Part shown: positions 1 through 12,540 of the stretch, piece after piece
How the letters are laid out: each line of letters begins with the position of its first letter
Position numbering within the stretch: the stretch's first letter is position 1
Source: the human T2T-CHM13v2.0 reference genome, Homo sapiens
Length of the DNA: 64,000 nt
Reading direction: 5' to 3' (one strand)
NCBI RefSeq assembly: GCF_009914755.1
Contig: NC_060926.1
Program-made: the position numbers and the translations under genes
Notes under the pieces: generated by a model
The model's input: only the letters and a program-made list of their open reading frames with translations
Database searches by the model: none
What the model was told of the DNA's origin: nothing

Positions 1-674
1 GGATGGATAAGAGGATGAGCTGTTTTGGAGGAGACTGGGCTGTGAGTCAGCAGACTGAGGGGGAAGACCTGCCTGAATGCAGGGTAGGCACCATCCAATC
101 CCGGATAGAACTAAAAGGTAGCTGTGTCTGTCTCCTAGAGCTGGGACACCCTTCTTCTCCTGCCCTTGGACATCAGCACTCTAGCCTCTTGGCCTTCAGA
201 CTCTGGGCTTGCACTAGCACTCCCTGCCCTGGGCTCTCAGGCCTTCAGCCTTGGACTGAGTCATGCCATTGTCTTCCCTGGCTCTGAGGCCTTGCAACTC
301 GGGTCCTGAGTCACATGACCGGCATCCCAGAGTGTCCAGCTCTAAGACAGCCTGTCCTGGGACTTCTCACCTCCACCATCACATGAGCCAGTGCTCCTAT
401 TGAATATCCTCTTTCCATCCACCTAGTTAGCTATCTGTTTGTCTATCTATCTATCTATCTATCTATCTACTCTAAGACAGGCTGTCCTGGGACTTCTCAC
501 CTCCACCATCACATGAGCCCATTCTCCTACTGAATATCCTCTTTCCATCCATCTAGCTAGCTATCTGTTTATCTATTATTATCTATCTATCTATCACCTG
601 TCTATCTATATAGCTACCTACCTATGTAGCCTATTGGTTCTGTCTCACTGCAGAGCCCTGACTATAGTGATACA
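1..674 (+). mobile_element. MLT2-family (ERVL) LTR, truncated by the window start, with an internal 130-bp tandem duplication and (TATC)n
   Basis: MLT2-like motifs (ggcaccatccaatc, gagctgggacacccttcttctcctgcccttggacatcag, 3' end cctattggttctgtctc...ccctgact); segment starting 341 repeats at 471. Confidence 0.8.
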
Positions 675-1109
675 CATATTTTAAGAGTCCCTGGATGATT
701 ACACACTGATGGCTCACAACCTTGACAATCCCCGATGATGGGATCAGCCTTAATTCGTCTGCAGCATCTTCACAGTGCTACAATCCTGACACTCCTTGGG
801 GTCAAAGAGTTTTAGAGTATTAGTTACTTAATGGGTATAATGATCTTGGTTGATATGCTGCCAGGATTTGTAACAATTTTGCCAAATCTCAATCGATTTA
901 AAGATCTAACTGAGAAGATTGTGCCTGGCTAAGTATCCAGGGAGTTGGTCAGCTTCCTTCCCAGGTCTTTCTGTGTCTGTCACACCATCCACTCACTTTG
1001 ATTATTTCTGTTGGGCCACTCACAGGAGAATTTCAGGCAAACTGGCCGCGGCTTTGGCCTCTTACTGGGATAATTGGTACCGTGTTAGCCCTGGAGAACA
1101 CCCCAAGGT

Positions 1110-1200
1110 CACTCTGTACAGCCCCTTGATTTTGGAGAGGAAATAGCTGAGTCCCAGGCATTGGAAGTGAATTGCTTAGAGTCACGTAACAAATTTAAGT
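1110..1200 (-). mobile_element. MIR fragment
   Basis: Degenerate MIR core (ttttggagaggaaatagctgagtcccagg...gtgaattgcttagagtcac). Confidence 0.5.
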
Positions 1201-2609
1201 TCAGGAAGAGATGACAACACACTTCACCATCAGCACTTGGTAAGACTGCCTCACCCCTGCCACGGCGCTAACAGCCCACATCTCTACCAAATTGTGTTTG
1301 CTATTTGGGTGGCTGCTGCTTCCATATTAAACATTCTGCTATTCGTGAATGACTCTGGCCAAATTAATGAAAGCCATACAGCCTGCTGGGCTTGTAACAC
1401 CCATTCCTTATGAATATTACACATGTTGGACCACGTTCACCCAGCAGTCCCCCAGGAGCGGGGGTTCTGAGTGTATGGGGCCCTACAAGTCATAGGTATC
1501 TCACTAAGGATGTAATTTCTGAGTGAATTGACCTTTCCTTCGTGAAAAAGAAAGAGGGAAATTGTATCCTAGCAAATGCGGGTTTCCATGAGCAGACACC
1601 CCCACCTGCTGGGTGACTTGGGAAACAGCAGAATCACCATTTTTCCTGACCTGCATCTTCCTTCCGCTCAAAGAGCACACGTGTCTGTTTCGTTCCAGGG
1701 CGCTGGATACATGCGTTGCACATGGAAACCTTATTATTGTACTTTTTGGGTTTTTCATGCTTATAGTTAAACATCACCACTTTCTCACTCAGCTGTGAAT
1801 GTCAAGAGCCTTGTGCCCTGTGGGCTTACTGAGCTCTGGAATAAGGGAGAGAACCTCATGACATCCATGTCAGCAATAGCTTTGCAGATGCCTTCGCAAA
1901 AGCCACAGACCCCAGACATGCTAAGGACAGGAACTGCTCATTGCTTACGGACTTACTTACCCGAGCATCCACTTAGGGCCGACAGACGGTAAGATTGACG
2001 AGAAGGCCAGGAAAGGACAAAGGCTGGAAGGTGCATGTCCTCCGCACCTGCAGGCAGCTGCTGAGTTCAAACAGTGAAGGGCGTCGGGCCCAGAGAGAGC
2101 CCAGAGCCTCTGTGAACCTGGAGCTTTCCTAATAAAGTGTGCTCCCTGGGCAGTGAGAGTTTCTACAGAATGCGTGGTGTGGCCTCGGACTCAGGGGTGT
2201 GCGTCCTCCCTGTGGACAGATGGATGAAGCGGAAACTCCAGACAGACGGAAGCACGGTCTATGAAGAAAGCCTACCCAGGACACAGCACACGTGGAGATG
2301 TCAGCACATGCGGGGTTTGGGAGAGGCTCACGGTCTCTTCGCTCATGACTTCCTGCAACCAAGAATGCAATCTGCAGTTAGGGCACCGGACTGGGGGTCG
2401 TGGAGGAACACTATCCCTAGGGTTAGGGGGAGCACTATCCCTGGGAGTCAAGGAGGGAGCACTGTTCTTGGGGTTGGGGGCAGCTCCAGGCCTGGGGAAA
2501 GTGGGAGCACGACCCCTGGTGGAGCGGGGAGGGAGCACTTGACCTGGGGCTGGGAGAGACAAGTAGGTCTTGGGTTTGGGGTTCAGACCCTGCAGGTTTC
2601 CGTCTCTGC

Positions 2610-3057
2610 CTGTGTTGGTTTCCCGGGGTTGCGTCATGGACTCCCACACACAGGGTGGCCCCACACAGGGAATGGACACTGTCCCCGTGGCAGAGTCCAG
2701 CACTCCCAGGTGGAGGTGTCTGTGGGGCCGCGCTCCCTCTGGAGGCTCTTCGGGGCCCTTCCTTGTCTCTTCCAGGTTCTGGGGGCTCCAGGCAAACCTG
2801 ACCGGGGCTGCCCCATTCCAATTCCGCTGCCTCCACGTCTCCTTTCCCTCTGTCTGTGGAAAACCCCTCCACTTCCCTTTGGAATGGGCCTGGGTTGTGG
2901 CACTCAGGCTCCCCCAGGTGGTCCAGGCAGCTCTCCTGTTCTCCAGACCCTTAATCTTTTCCCTCTAAAGATCCTTTTTCTTTCTCCACGTAAGGTCTCG
3001 TTCACAGGTTCCAGGGACTCGGATATCTTTCAGGCAATCAGTTTCCAGCCTTCCACA
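2610..3057 (-). mobile_element. MLT1 (ERVL-MaLR) LTR, MLT1C/D-like
   Basis: Antisense MLT1 motifs (ggggccgcgctccctctggaggctct, ccttgtctcttccaggttctgggggctcc, cccttaatc...gtaaggtctcgttcacaggttccaggga). Confidence 0.7.
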
Positions 3058-3235
3058 TCGCCATGAACTTTCTGGAATAAAACCTCAAATCCTAACTAAC
3101 TCTGCATTTGCACAATTTAAATAATCAATATTTACTGTCAAGAAGAGACACCTCTCAAAAACTGAAATCCTGTGATCAGTGAAATAAGTACGTCATGTGA
3201 GTATATCGATAAGCATTACACAAAGAAAGACAGAA

Positions 3236-3608
3236 ACACACACTGCACACACACCCAAAACCCCTCACACCACCCACCACACACACACACAGCCACAAAT
3301 CACTCACACCACCCACCGCACACACACACCCAAAAATCACTCACACCACCCACCACACACACACACCCAAAAATCACTCACACCACCCACCACACACACA
3401 CACACACAGCTAAACATCACTCACACCACCCACCACACACACACACACCCCCAAAACCACTCACACCACCCACCATACACACACACCACATACACGTCCC
3501 CACAGTCAAAAATCACTCACACTTCCTACCACACACACACCACACCTGCACACACACCACACAGACACACCACATACCACACCTGCACACACAGACATCA
3601 CACCACCA
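3236..3608. repeat. CA-rich degenerate minisatellite (~38-bp unit aaatcactcacaccacccaccacacacacacaccc)
   Basis: Repeated tcacaccacccaccacacacac blocks. Confidence 0.9.
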
Positions 3609-3672
3609 CTCCTGTTTAGGAGTATGGAAGGGCTTTCTTTCACCCGATCAGTGAAGGGGAATCAACCCTTAA

Positions 3673-3968
<296 letters not shown>

Positions 3969-5158
3969 CTCTACCAACAAAAAAATGACACTTCATTGGT
4001 CAGTGACAGACTATTTAAGGATAAATATTTTTAGTCAGTGTTTAACTTATGTACATAAAAACTCAATGAAATCATAAGACAGCATTAAATAGCTTGTTTA
4101 AAATAAACCGAGGGAACTCGCCTCTTGGGAATCTTTAAAGAAAAATCTTTAAAGAATGAAACAGTGGTCAGAGCCTCTTTGCTTTACCATTAAAAAAAAA
4201 TGTAATGCACTTTTCATGACTGCCATTTTTGCAGGCAATTTCAGATGCATTTTCTACCTCCCCCATCGGGGTTCAAAACGCAGTACCCCAAATGCAGCAC
4301 CTTGGTGAATGGCCTGCTTTGAGCTGAGGGAGATCTGGAAGTCAACAGAAGCAAGAAGTCCTCTCTGGCCTTCACCCTTCTTCCCACTACAAAGGCCATA
4401 ATGGAAACTAGGGCTCTTCTCCCTGAAAGCAAGCCGTAAAACCTGGGAGGGTAGCTCTCTGCCTCCCCGCTTCTCCCGGAAGGTTGAGTGTCTGTGTCCT
4501 GCTGGGCACCCAGGGGACGATCCCAGCACAGACCCAGGAAGGATTCTGCCAAGGGGCCTGGCCAGGCTCCCGGCTCACCAGCTCCAGGGCACGCCTTTCT
4601 GTCCACTCCCAGAACCCCCTGGTTCCTGCTTCCTTCCTCAGGCTTAGCAGAAGAATTCCGTTTCCCGGGGCCTTGGGTCCTCATGTGTGGCGGAAGGCTT
4701 TGGCTAAACACATGTGCCATGCCCTCCTGTCAGTGTGACTTTGGGTGCAGGGGTGTCCACCACGAGCCTTGCAATGGGTAAGGAGAAGGAAACTGTCTCC
4801 GGGATGGACTGGCCCCACACCCCTCCCTCCTGCCCTCACCCACCCTTGGTCTCTACAGGAGCGAGTTTCATCCCAGGCTGAGCCCAGTCCCCGGGGCCAG
4901 CACCTGTCTGCAGAGTACCTCCAGTCCTCAGTCCTGGTAAGTAACTGGATCCCGGAGCAGCTGCAGCCAGTGGCTGTGCAAGTCTGCCCTTCTGCCTGGC
5001 AGCTCTTTTCCTAGAGCAGTGATTCATACTTAACAGGCGCTCCAGGGAGAGCATAAAAGTGACCACCCCAAGGAGAAAAGCAGAGGGGCCAAGCTTTGAT
5101 GGCTCCCATTGAGAAGTTTCATGAGATAATCCAAGGAGAAAGATGAGTACAGTGCCTG

Positions 5159-5226
5159 CCAGTAACAGTTACTCAGTGGCTTCTAGGTCCCTCCAGTCAC
5201 AGTTACTCAGTGGCTTCTAGGTCCCT
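5159..5226. repeat. 34-bp tandem duplication
   Basis: ccagt(a/c)acagttactcagtggcttctaggtccct occurs twice with 1 mismatch. Confidence 0.95.
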
Positions 5227-6294
5227 CTCTCGGAAACCAGACTGACATTCCTGAGGCTGCAGGGCAGGTAAGCCTTGGCCCAGAGGGAGGCAGAGAACAG
5301 GCATATGGTGCAGAACAGGCATAGTGCAGAGGTGGATGCACATTTTCCAGATTGGTTCGAATTTTTCAGGACATCCATTTTGTGCTGTGGCCCCACCCCA
5401 GCCACGTAAATAGGGACAAGTTCCACCTGCCATAGGACACCGCCCGCCCCCTCTCCAGACACCTGCCTCTTCTCTTCTGCAGCTGACAGCAGGGCTTCTC
5501 CTGCTGGGTCTGCAGGCCTCCATCAGGCCCTGGCTTTGGGGGCTCACCCCAGCCCATCTCATGCAGCACTGTTGGTGCAAAGGTGTCCCTGCTCCAGGGC
5601 TGGGCTCCTGTAGACCAGCAGAGGCTGACTGAGCTGGACCCGTGGGCTGGGGGACTTTGACCTGGTTCTGTTGAGTCAACTGACCTGCCTGAGGGCACTG
5701 CTACTGCTGTCACCCAGAGTGCAATCAATCACAGGCCCTGTGCCCGCATTTCACAGCTAAGGAATGGCAGATCCTGTGCGGGGAGGGAAGGAAGGAAGGG
5801 AGAAATGGAGGGAGGGAGGCAGGGAGGAAAGTGTACAGGGAGAGACAGAGCGCAGGGCTGCTGGATGGAGAGACCTGGACCGGGCCAGGCTTGGCCGTGT
5901 GAGGAGCGCCTGTCCTTCTAGGGACCTTGGAGATCAGGGAGCAGGCTGCTGACAAACGACTTATTTCTCCTCCCTCTGAACTCCCAAATTCCCAGAAATC
6001 TGCCTCGAAAGTGGGGAGAGCAGAGAGGCTGTGAGGTTGGACCGAGGGGGCCCACGGCCTCACCCTCCTTCCCACGTGGGCCACCCCTGGACGCTTCGTT
6101 CGCAAGCCTGATATTGTCCTAAGATGTGGTTTGATTTTTAAGGGCGGAGAGATGGGCTCAGCTGCTGGTGGAATCCAGCCCCTCCGTCTTTGCGGGATGT
6201 GGGGTCTCTGCCTCCTGCAGTGACAGCACCGGCATGACCCAGCCTGGCTTCCCGCTCCCAAGCGCGGGCACCTGCGGCCGAAGACGCGGCTCCG

Positions 6295-6313
6295 CAGCGC
6301 CACCTAGTGGCCG
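6295..6313 (-). promoter_or_regulatory. CTCF binding motif in a small CpG-rich patch
   Basis: Minus strand CGGCCACTAGGTGGCGCTG closely matches the CTCF core CCASYAGRKGGCGC. Confidence 0.75.
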
Positions 6314-7136
6314 CCCAGCCTCTCCCCAAAGCGGAGCCTTAGGACGAAGCTCCCTTTCCCCGAGGTCCCTGCAGGTTTCTGTGGAGCCTGGGAGTCTGAA
6401 TTACTGTCTCCCGGGTGATTCCTAACCCTGGAAACTCGCTGCTGCTCCCTGGGGCTGGTGGTCGTGCCAGTTGCTGCGTCAGAGCAGTTGGGCGCCCACA
6501 GGCTGAGGACGCCGGGGCCAGGGTGAGGGTGAGGCTCCACCTCAGGGCTCCAGAGACCGAGTTTTGCACTTGACACTTCCTTAACCTTCGAAAGCCTGAT
6601 TCCTTCTTATCGCCCTGAGGGCCTGAGGTCCCCTATCTGCATGATGGAGGGGTTGGATACCATGGTCTTGAAGACCTTCCATTCCTAGGGTGACAAGATT
6701 CTAACCACATTGCACATGGAACACTTCTCGGTGCAATGACCCCAAACAACATCCCAGCCTGTGCAGTTCCCACTCCCAGAGATCCGAAAGTCGGTGGGTG
6801 ACGACCCACGTGTGAAAGGGGCTCTAGAGAGCTGCCTACAGTCTCATGTCCCCCCACCCACCGCCCTCCGTGTGCTCAGCACCTGAACGTCTTCACAGAG
6901 ACAGGGCAGAGTCTGTTTAAAAGGAAGCTCCGACAGTCTCCCTACGAAGAGATGGCCGCCACCTCAGGCACGTGGGATATTTCTGGGGATGGAATTGTCG
7001 CAATAATGAGGAAATCCCCTGTGGTTTAATGGGCAGAGTCCCAAAGGTGCTTGACATCCTGACCAGCACAAGGCAGCCCACCTCCTGCAGAAACTGTGAA
7101 AAAAAGGCAAGAAAAGTATACCCATAACTAATTTGA

Positions 7137-7470
<334 letters not shown>

Positions 7471-8339
7471 CTTTTCCCGATTTTAATTGCACTAAACTTC
7501 CATAGAATGCTGACAGCGCATAAACATGATAATGTGTCTTTGCAATTTTCAAGCTTAAATACTTAGAATCCAAAAATATGATGAAGTGTGGAGTTTATTT
7601 GAACACGAAGTTGGAGGATAGTCACATAGGAAACACAGACTCTCAAAATGGAAAGTTAAAGTCTCATTTACATAGTCAGAGGCAGAGGTTTAACAGGTTG
7701 CAGCATTTTCCAACAAGATCAAGACATAGGTTATAGCGATTTGACTTGATTGGTCACAGCTCGCTACACTAAGGAAGCTTGTTTTAACATCCCATAAGGA
7801 AGGGTAATGGTCTTGAGGCGGTCTCACCTCTGGTACCATTCAGTCTTTCCTAATCATTACAGGACAAGAATGAGGAAGAGATTTGACCCAGAATAAAGAA
7901 GCAGAAGGTGCAGCTTCACACCATGCGACGCAGGCCCCACAGCCACGTTCCTCTCAAGGCTCAAAATCAGGTACGGTTCCAACAGCTTTCAGTTTGGATT
8001 AATTTCACATCTCCCCTTTTCAACATCAACATGATCCTTTTGAAGAAAGCTTAGTAGCTGAATGCAGATGGTTTGGGAATCTCTGTATGTTTAGGGGCTT
8101 AGCCCCAGATACTTAGGAAGGTTCACTCCTAGGACGTTGTCTCCCATGTCTAGGGCCATGTGCCAAGCTGTACAGAACTGACGGGGCATAGGCCGAACCT
8201 GGAGCCACATGAAGGAAGTGACGTGGTGACCTTGGTCAGGCTACACAGCTGCATTGTCCGTTAATGGGATTCTGTGAGTGACGATTATTTTAGTATCTTC
8301 AGTTGTGAACTGACTCCATTGCACACCAATGCCAGAGCA

Positions 8340-8690
8340 GGGAAGACAAAACAGGCCAGAACCCAACCAACGATTGATTAACAGCTGCTTCTGCCAAGTT
8401 CCCCAAGACCTAAACCAGCTGCTTAACCAACTGTGTGGAGAGGTTTTGGATCTGAAAGTTTTGTTATTGGGTTTTCATATCGGTAATTAATTTAGGGACA
8501 TTATCTGATTCATCTGGGTTAGGGACATGACGTTCAGTCTTTGTGATGGTGCAGGTTCCCTCTGGGGCTGCAGTGAGTCTGTCTAAGGCTATACGAGCCT
8601 GTAATGCAGCCTTTCTCATAAAAGCATCTTCATTGTTTATTAACATGACACGTGGCTATCATTCAGGGCCTTTTTCAGTTAGGAGGTACA
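8340..8690 (-). pseudogene. Retroviral env transmembrane-subunit relic (heptad, immunosuppressive domain, decayed CX6CC, Trp-rich membrane-proximal region)
   Basis: ORF 8464-8646 MRKAALQARIALDRLTAAPEGTCTITKTERHVPNPDES resembles LQNRxALDxLTAxxGGxCxxIxxECCxYIPD; downstream SWLSSWFRSWGTWQKQLL. Confidence 0.85.
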
Positions 8691-9231
8691 CTGTCCTTCC
8701 CTTCTGGGCCTTACCTCGTCCTCCTAGAGGACCTTTTATAATTCTGGTCACTTGAGAAGGAAGTTTACATTTGCTTATTGAATTGGCCTTCAGAATCTGG
8801 CCAGTTTCAAACATTACAAATTTTGCTCAATCCACATAGCTTCAATTTCTCTTTTCAAAGAGAAACTGTTTTCTTCCTGACCAAAATTTCAAATGGGACA
8901 AAAGGTTCTAGAAACTCTAATGAATAATTCAAAACAGAACCTTAACTTCAAAAAAAAATCAAAGTCTTGAATCTGGGGTCAGCAGAATCCCAGAAGAATA
9001 ACAAACAAAACTCCAAGCTTGCAGTAGGTCTTCCAGCCCTATCGAGTTAGGAATTTGTGTGGCTCAAATAAAAGTCAGAACTTCAACAAGCTGGGAGGTT
9101 CGGACCCGAGAAGATCCTTCCCAGAGGTCCGTGTTGACTCCAGCGAGGTCCGGTGAACCCAAGCCATGTGTGCTGACAGCAAGGCTCTGGCTGTTGGTGA
9201 TGTAATGGGGATCACTGGAGGCCCACTTCAC

Positions 9232-9249
9232 ATCCCTTTGTGGTTAGCA
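9232..9249 (-). other. Primer binding site, tRNA-Arg(TCG)-like
   Basis: Minus strand TGCTAACCACAAAGGGAT lies 3 nt downstream of the LTR terminal CA; 16/18 match to TGGTAACCACGAAGGGAT (tRNA 3' end from recall). Confidence 0.65.
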
Positions 9250-10374
9250 AAATGCCAATCGTCAATAATGAAATTTGGAAAAGATGATTCAGTATAGAGT
9301 TTATTTGAGTGCAAAGCTTGAGGGTCATCACCTTGGAAACACAGACTCTAGATGAATGGGCTCTGCTTTTAAAGTGAGAAGTTAAAGTTTCATTTTATAA
9401 GCAGAGACAGAAGTATGACAGGGCTACAGCCTGTTTCAAGGAGGTCACAGGTTAAATCTATTTCACTGGATTGCTCACAGCTTGCTGCATTCCAAGGAAA
9501 CTCGCTTTAACTTTCCACAAGGAGGAGTAATCGTCTTGAGGGGCCTCATCTATGGTACCAGTCAGTCCTTTCTAATCATTTACAGGACAAGAATGAGGAA
9601 GAGATTTGACCCAGAATCAAAGAAGTTGCAGCTTCACACCTTGTGACTCAAGCCACACGGCCACATTCCTCTCAAGGTGCAAAATGATCTCAACTTACAA
9701 CAGCTTCACATCTGAATTATTTCATTTCACAGGGACTTTATACCAAGGTTCTCCACGTTGCACAAAGATCACTACACCTTCCAAAACCCTGCTCAGGACG
9801 TCTTAGTCATGCATTCACAATGGGAACTGGAAGTAAAAAGCATTGAGACTGTTCCACTGACAATTGTTTTACTTCTTTTTTATCTTCATTAGCAGGCATC
9901 AGGCAACTTTAACCAACCTTCTAGGCAGTTGTCAGTGATCATTGTCATATTAAAGTGCATGTTATAGATTATAAATTACTTTCATGTTATTTTTCCTTTA
10001 TCTTACACTTACTTACAGCATTATGTTGATTTTTAAACTATATGGAAAGGGAAGTTACATGAGCTATAAATTCCCCATTACATGGTCAAGCCGCATTACA
10101 AAAGACTTGCTATATTAGAAGAGGGCAGTGGAAAGTCTTGCTTAAAATCTTAGTGTTAAAATTCTCACTAAAATGTAAGTCACTGAGAGTATCTCTCTCT
10201 TTGCCTCAGAATAAGCTGTGATGAGAGACATAGAAATAAGAGGGGTAAGTTTGGGGGTTGCACAAACAACGCTTGCTGAAGTTTTACACCCTCCCCTGAG
10301 CCCTGGGCATGGAGCTGGGGTCATGCCAGGTGGCTTTCTGGATATCATCACTTCTTCCTCGCAGAAGCCGCATT

Positions 10375-10470
10375 GTATGTGTATGCATATATATGTATGT
10401 GTGATGCGTGTGTGTGGTGTGTGGTGAATGTGTGTGTTCTATGGGTGTGCATGTATGATGTCTGTGTGAA
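10375..10470. repeat. (TG)/(TA)-rich low complexity
   Basis: tgtatgtgtatgcatatatatgtatgtgtg... Confidence 0.8.
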
Positions 10471-10698
10471 GATTTGGGTTTAGAAGTCACTCCAGGCAGA
10501 AGCAGGAGGTCGGAACAATAACCACATTTTGCAGCGATTTCACAGGAAGGTTTCAAACCCACAAGGATTTCTCCTCAGCCCTGAGAGCATGAAATTAAAC
10601 CGAACATTGCAGCTGAGACGAGGGGGACTCCGTTCTCTTTGCAGCGAGGGAAGGGGCCAGCACTCCAGGAAAGAGCTGCCCATGGACAGCGTCACCCA

Positions 10699-11721
10699 AC
10701 AAAGTCTCCCATTCTGTACACAAGAACCTGTCATATCATCCTATACTGAGAGCCGTATACAAAGTCTCCCATTCTGTACGCAAGAACCCCTCACACATCA
10801 TCCTATACTGAGAGCTGTATACGAAGTCTCCCATTGTGTACACAAAAACCCCTCATATCATCCTATACTGAGAGCTGTATACAAAGTCTCCCATTCTGTA
10901 CGCAAAAACCCGTCATATCATCCTATACTGAGAGCTGTATACAAAGTCCCCCATTCTGTACACAAAAACCCGTCATATCATCCTATACTGAGAGCTGTAT
11001 ACAAAGTCTCCCATTGTGTACACAAAAACCCCTCATATCATCCTATACTGAGAGCTGTATACAAAGTCCCCCATTCTGTACACAAAAACCCGTCATATCA
11101 TCCTATACTGAGAGCTGTATACAAAGTCTCCCATTCTGTATGCAAAAACCCGTCATATCATCCTATACTGAGAGCTGTATACAAAGTCTCCCATTCTGTA
11201 CACAAAAACCCATCATATCATCCTATACTGAGAGCTGTATACAAAGTCTCCCATTGTGTACACAAAAACCCCTCATATCATCCTATACTGAAAGCTGTAT
11301 ACAAAGTCTCCCATTCTGTACACAAAAACCCGTCACATCATCCTATACTGAGAGCCATATACAAAGTCTCCCATTCTGTACACAAAAACCCGTCACATCA
11401 TCCTATACTGAGAGCCGTATACAAAGTCTCCTATTGTGTATGCAAGAACCCGTCATATCATCCTATACTGAGAGCTGTATACAAAGTCTCCCATTCTGTA
11501 CGCAAGAACCCGTCATATCATCCTATACTGAGAGCTGTATACAAAGTCTCCCATTGTGTACACAAAAACCCCTCATATCATCCTATACTGAGAGCTGTAT
11601 ACAAAGTCTCCCATTGTGTATGCAAGAACCTGTCATATCATCCTATACTGAGAGCTGTATACAAAGTCTCCCATTGTGTACACAAAAACCCCTCACATCA
11701 TCCTATACTAAGAACTGTATA
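10699..11721. repeat. 60-bp VNTR, ~17 copies
   Basis: Unit acaaagtctcccattctgtacacaaaaacccgtcatatcatcctatactgagagctgtat stays in register across successive 60-nt lines. Confidence 0.98.
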
Positions 11722-11969
11722 TTAATTCCCTATTTCTCAGCCTCTGCTGGTGAAGTTTCTGCCTCTTACTTCAGAAGTCCAAGTGGTGAAGAGCCCTTGG
11801 CCCACAGGTCTCAGGGTGGTAGGAACGAAAAGGCCGCTCTGAGTCTGCAAACAGAACCTCCCTATTGTCTCTCAGAGCCATCAGGTGCCACCGGCACAGG
11901 AGTCTCTACTTACGTGAGACACAGAGGGGAGGCTCCCTCTAACTTCCAACAGGAATGCAAAATGTGCCA

Positions 11970-12124
11970 GGCCGGGCACGATGGCACACGCCTGTGGTCC
12001 CAGCTACTTGGGAATCTGAGGCGGGGGATCTCCTGGACCCAGTGGCTTGAAGCTGCAGTGATCCATGATTGTACCACCACACTCCAGCGTGGACAACAGA
12101 GTGAGACCTTACTTCTTAAAAAAT
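11970..12124 (+). mobile_element. Alu right monomer (FRAM/AluJ-like)
   Basis: ggccgggcacgatggcacacgcctgtggtcccagctac...gctgcagtgatccatgattgtaccaccacactccagc...gtgagacc plus A-rich tail. Confidence 0.85.
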
Positions 12125-12439
12125 ATATATTAAACTAAATCTATGAATTACCAGGCTTGTCTAATTTCTAAGTATGAAAAGCAAAACATAAGGAAATTTT
12201 GCAGCTCGTTTCATGACTTGTTGCCTTCTTTCCTTCTAACTTGGTGTGTCATCTGAAAGAGGGCAAGGTGGAGGAGTTCTTGCCCCAGGAACATGTCATC
12301 AAGCTCTCGGCTGGTGCAGGCGGTCCATGACATTGTGTTCCCAAGTCCTCCCTGCTCAGAGCGTGACCTTGGCTGGTCCCAGTGACTCACATGCTGCTGG
12401 TTTCCATGGCAGCCAGACCCATCACTCAGAGCAACGCAG

Positions 12440-12540
12440 GTTGACTCAGCCCTGGTCTGTCCAAGTCTAAATTTCCTCTCCTGTAAAATGGGAATAACCT
12501 GCCTCCAATGGTGAGAATGAGGTGGGGTCGGCCAGGCAGG
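12440..12540 (+). mobile_element. MIR fragment
   Basis: tttcctctcctgtaaaatgggaataa core. Confidence 0.55.

Larger units (their letters stand above)
7540..9731 (-). mobile_element. Internally deleted ERV1 (MER4-group, LTR23/LTR24-like) provirus: 5' LTR 9253-9731, 3' LTR ~7540-8009
   Basis: Two homologous ~470-bp direct repeats both starting TGTGAAA on the minus strand; PBS-like sequence at 9232-9249; polypurine tract AAAAGGGGAGA at 8010-8020 abutting the 3' LTR; env relic between them. Confidence 0.88.

Noticed and set aside
2401-2550. Telomeric-type repeat
   Set aside because: Only isolated TTAGGG occurs within a degenerate gggagcact repeat; there is no tandem hexamer array.
2137-3066. 309-aa ORF
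   Set aside because: It has a GTG start, half of it lies in an antisense MLT1 LTR, and no homology is recognisable.
9232-9249. tRNA gene
   Set aside because: Only 18 nt corresponding to a tRNA 3' end, positioned next to an LTR, so it is a PBS.
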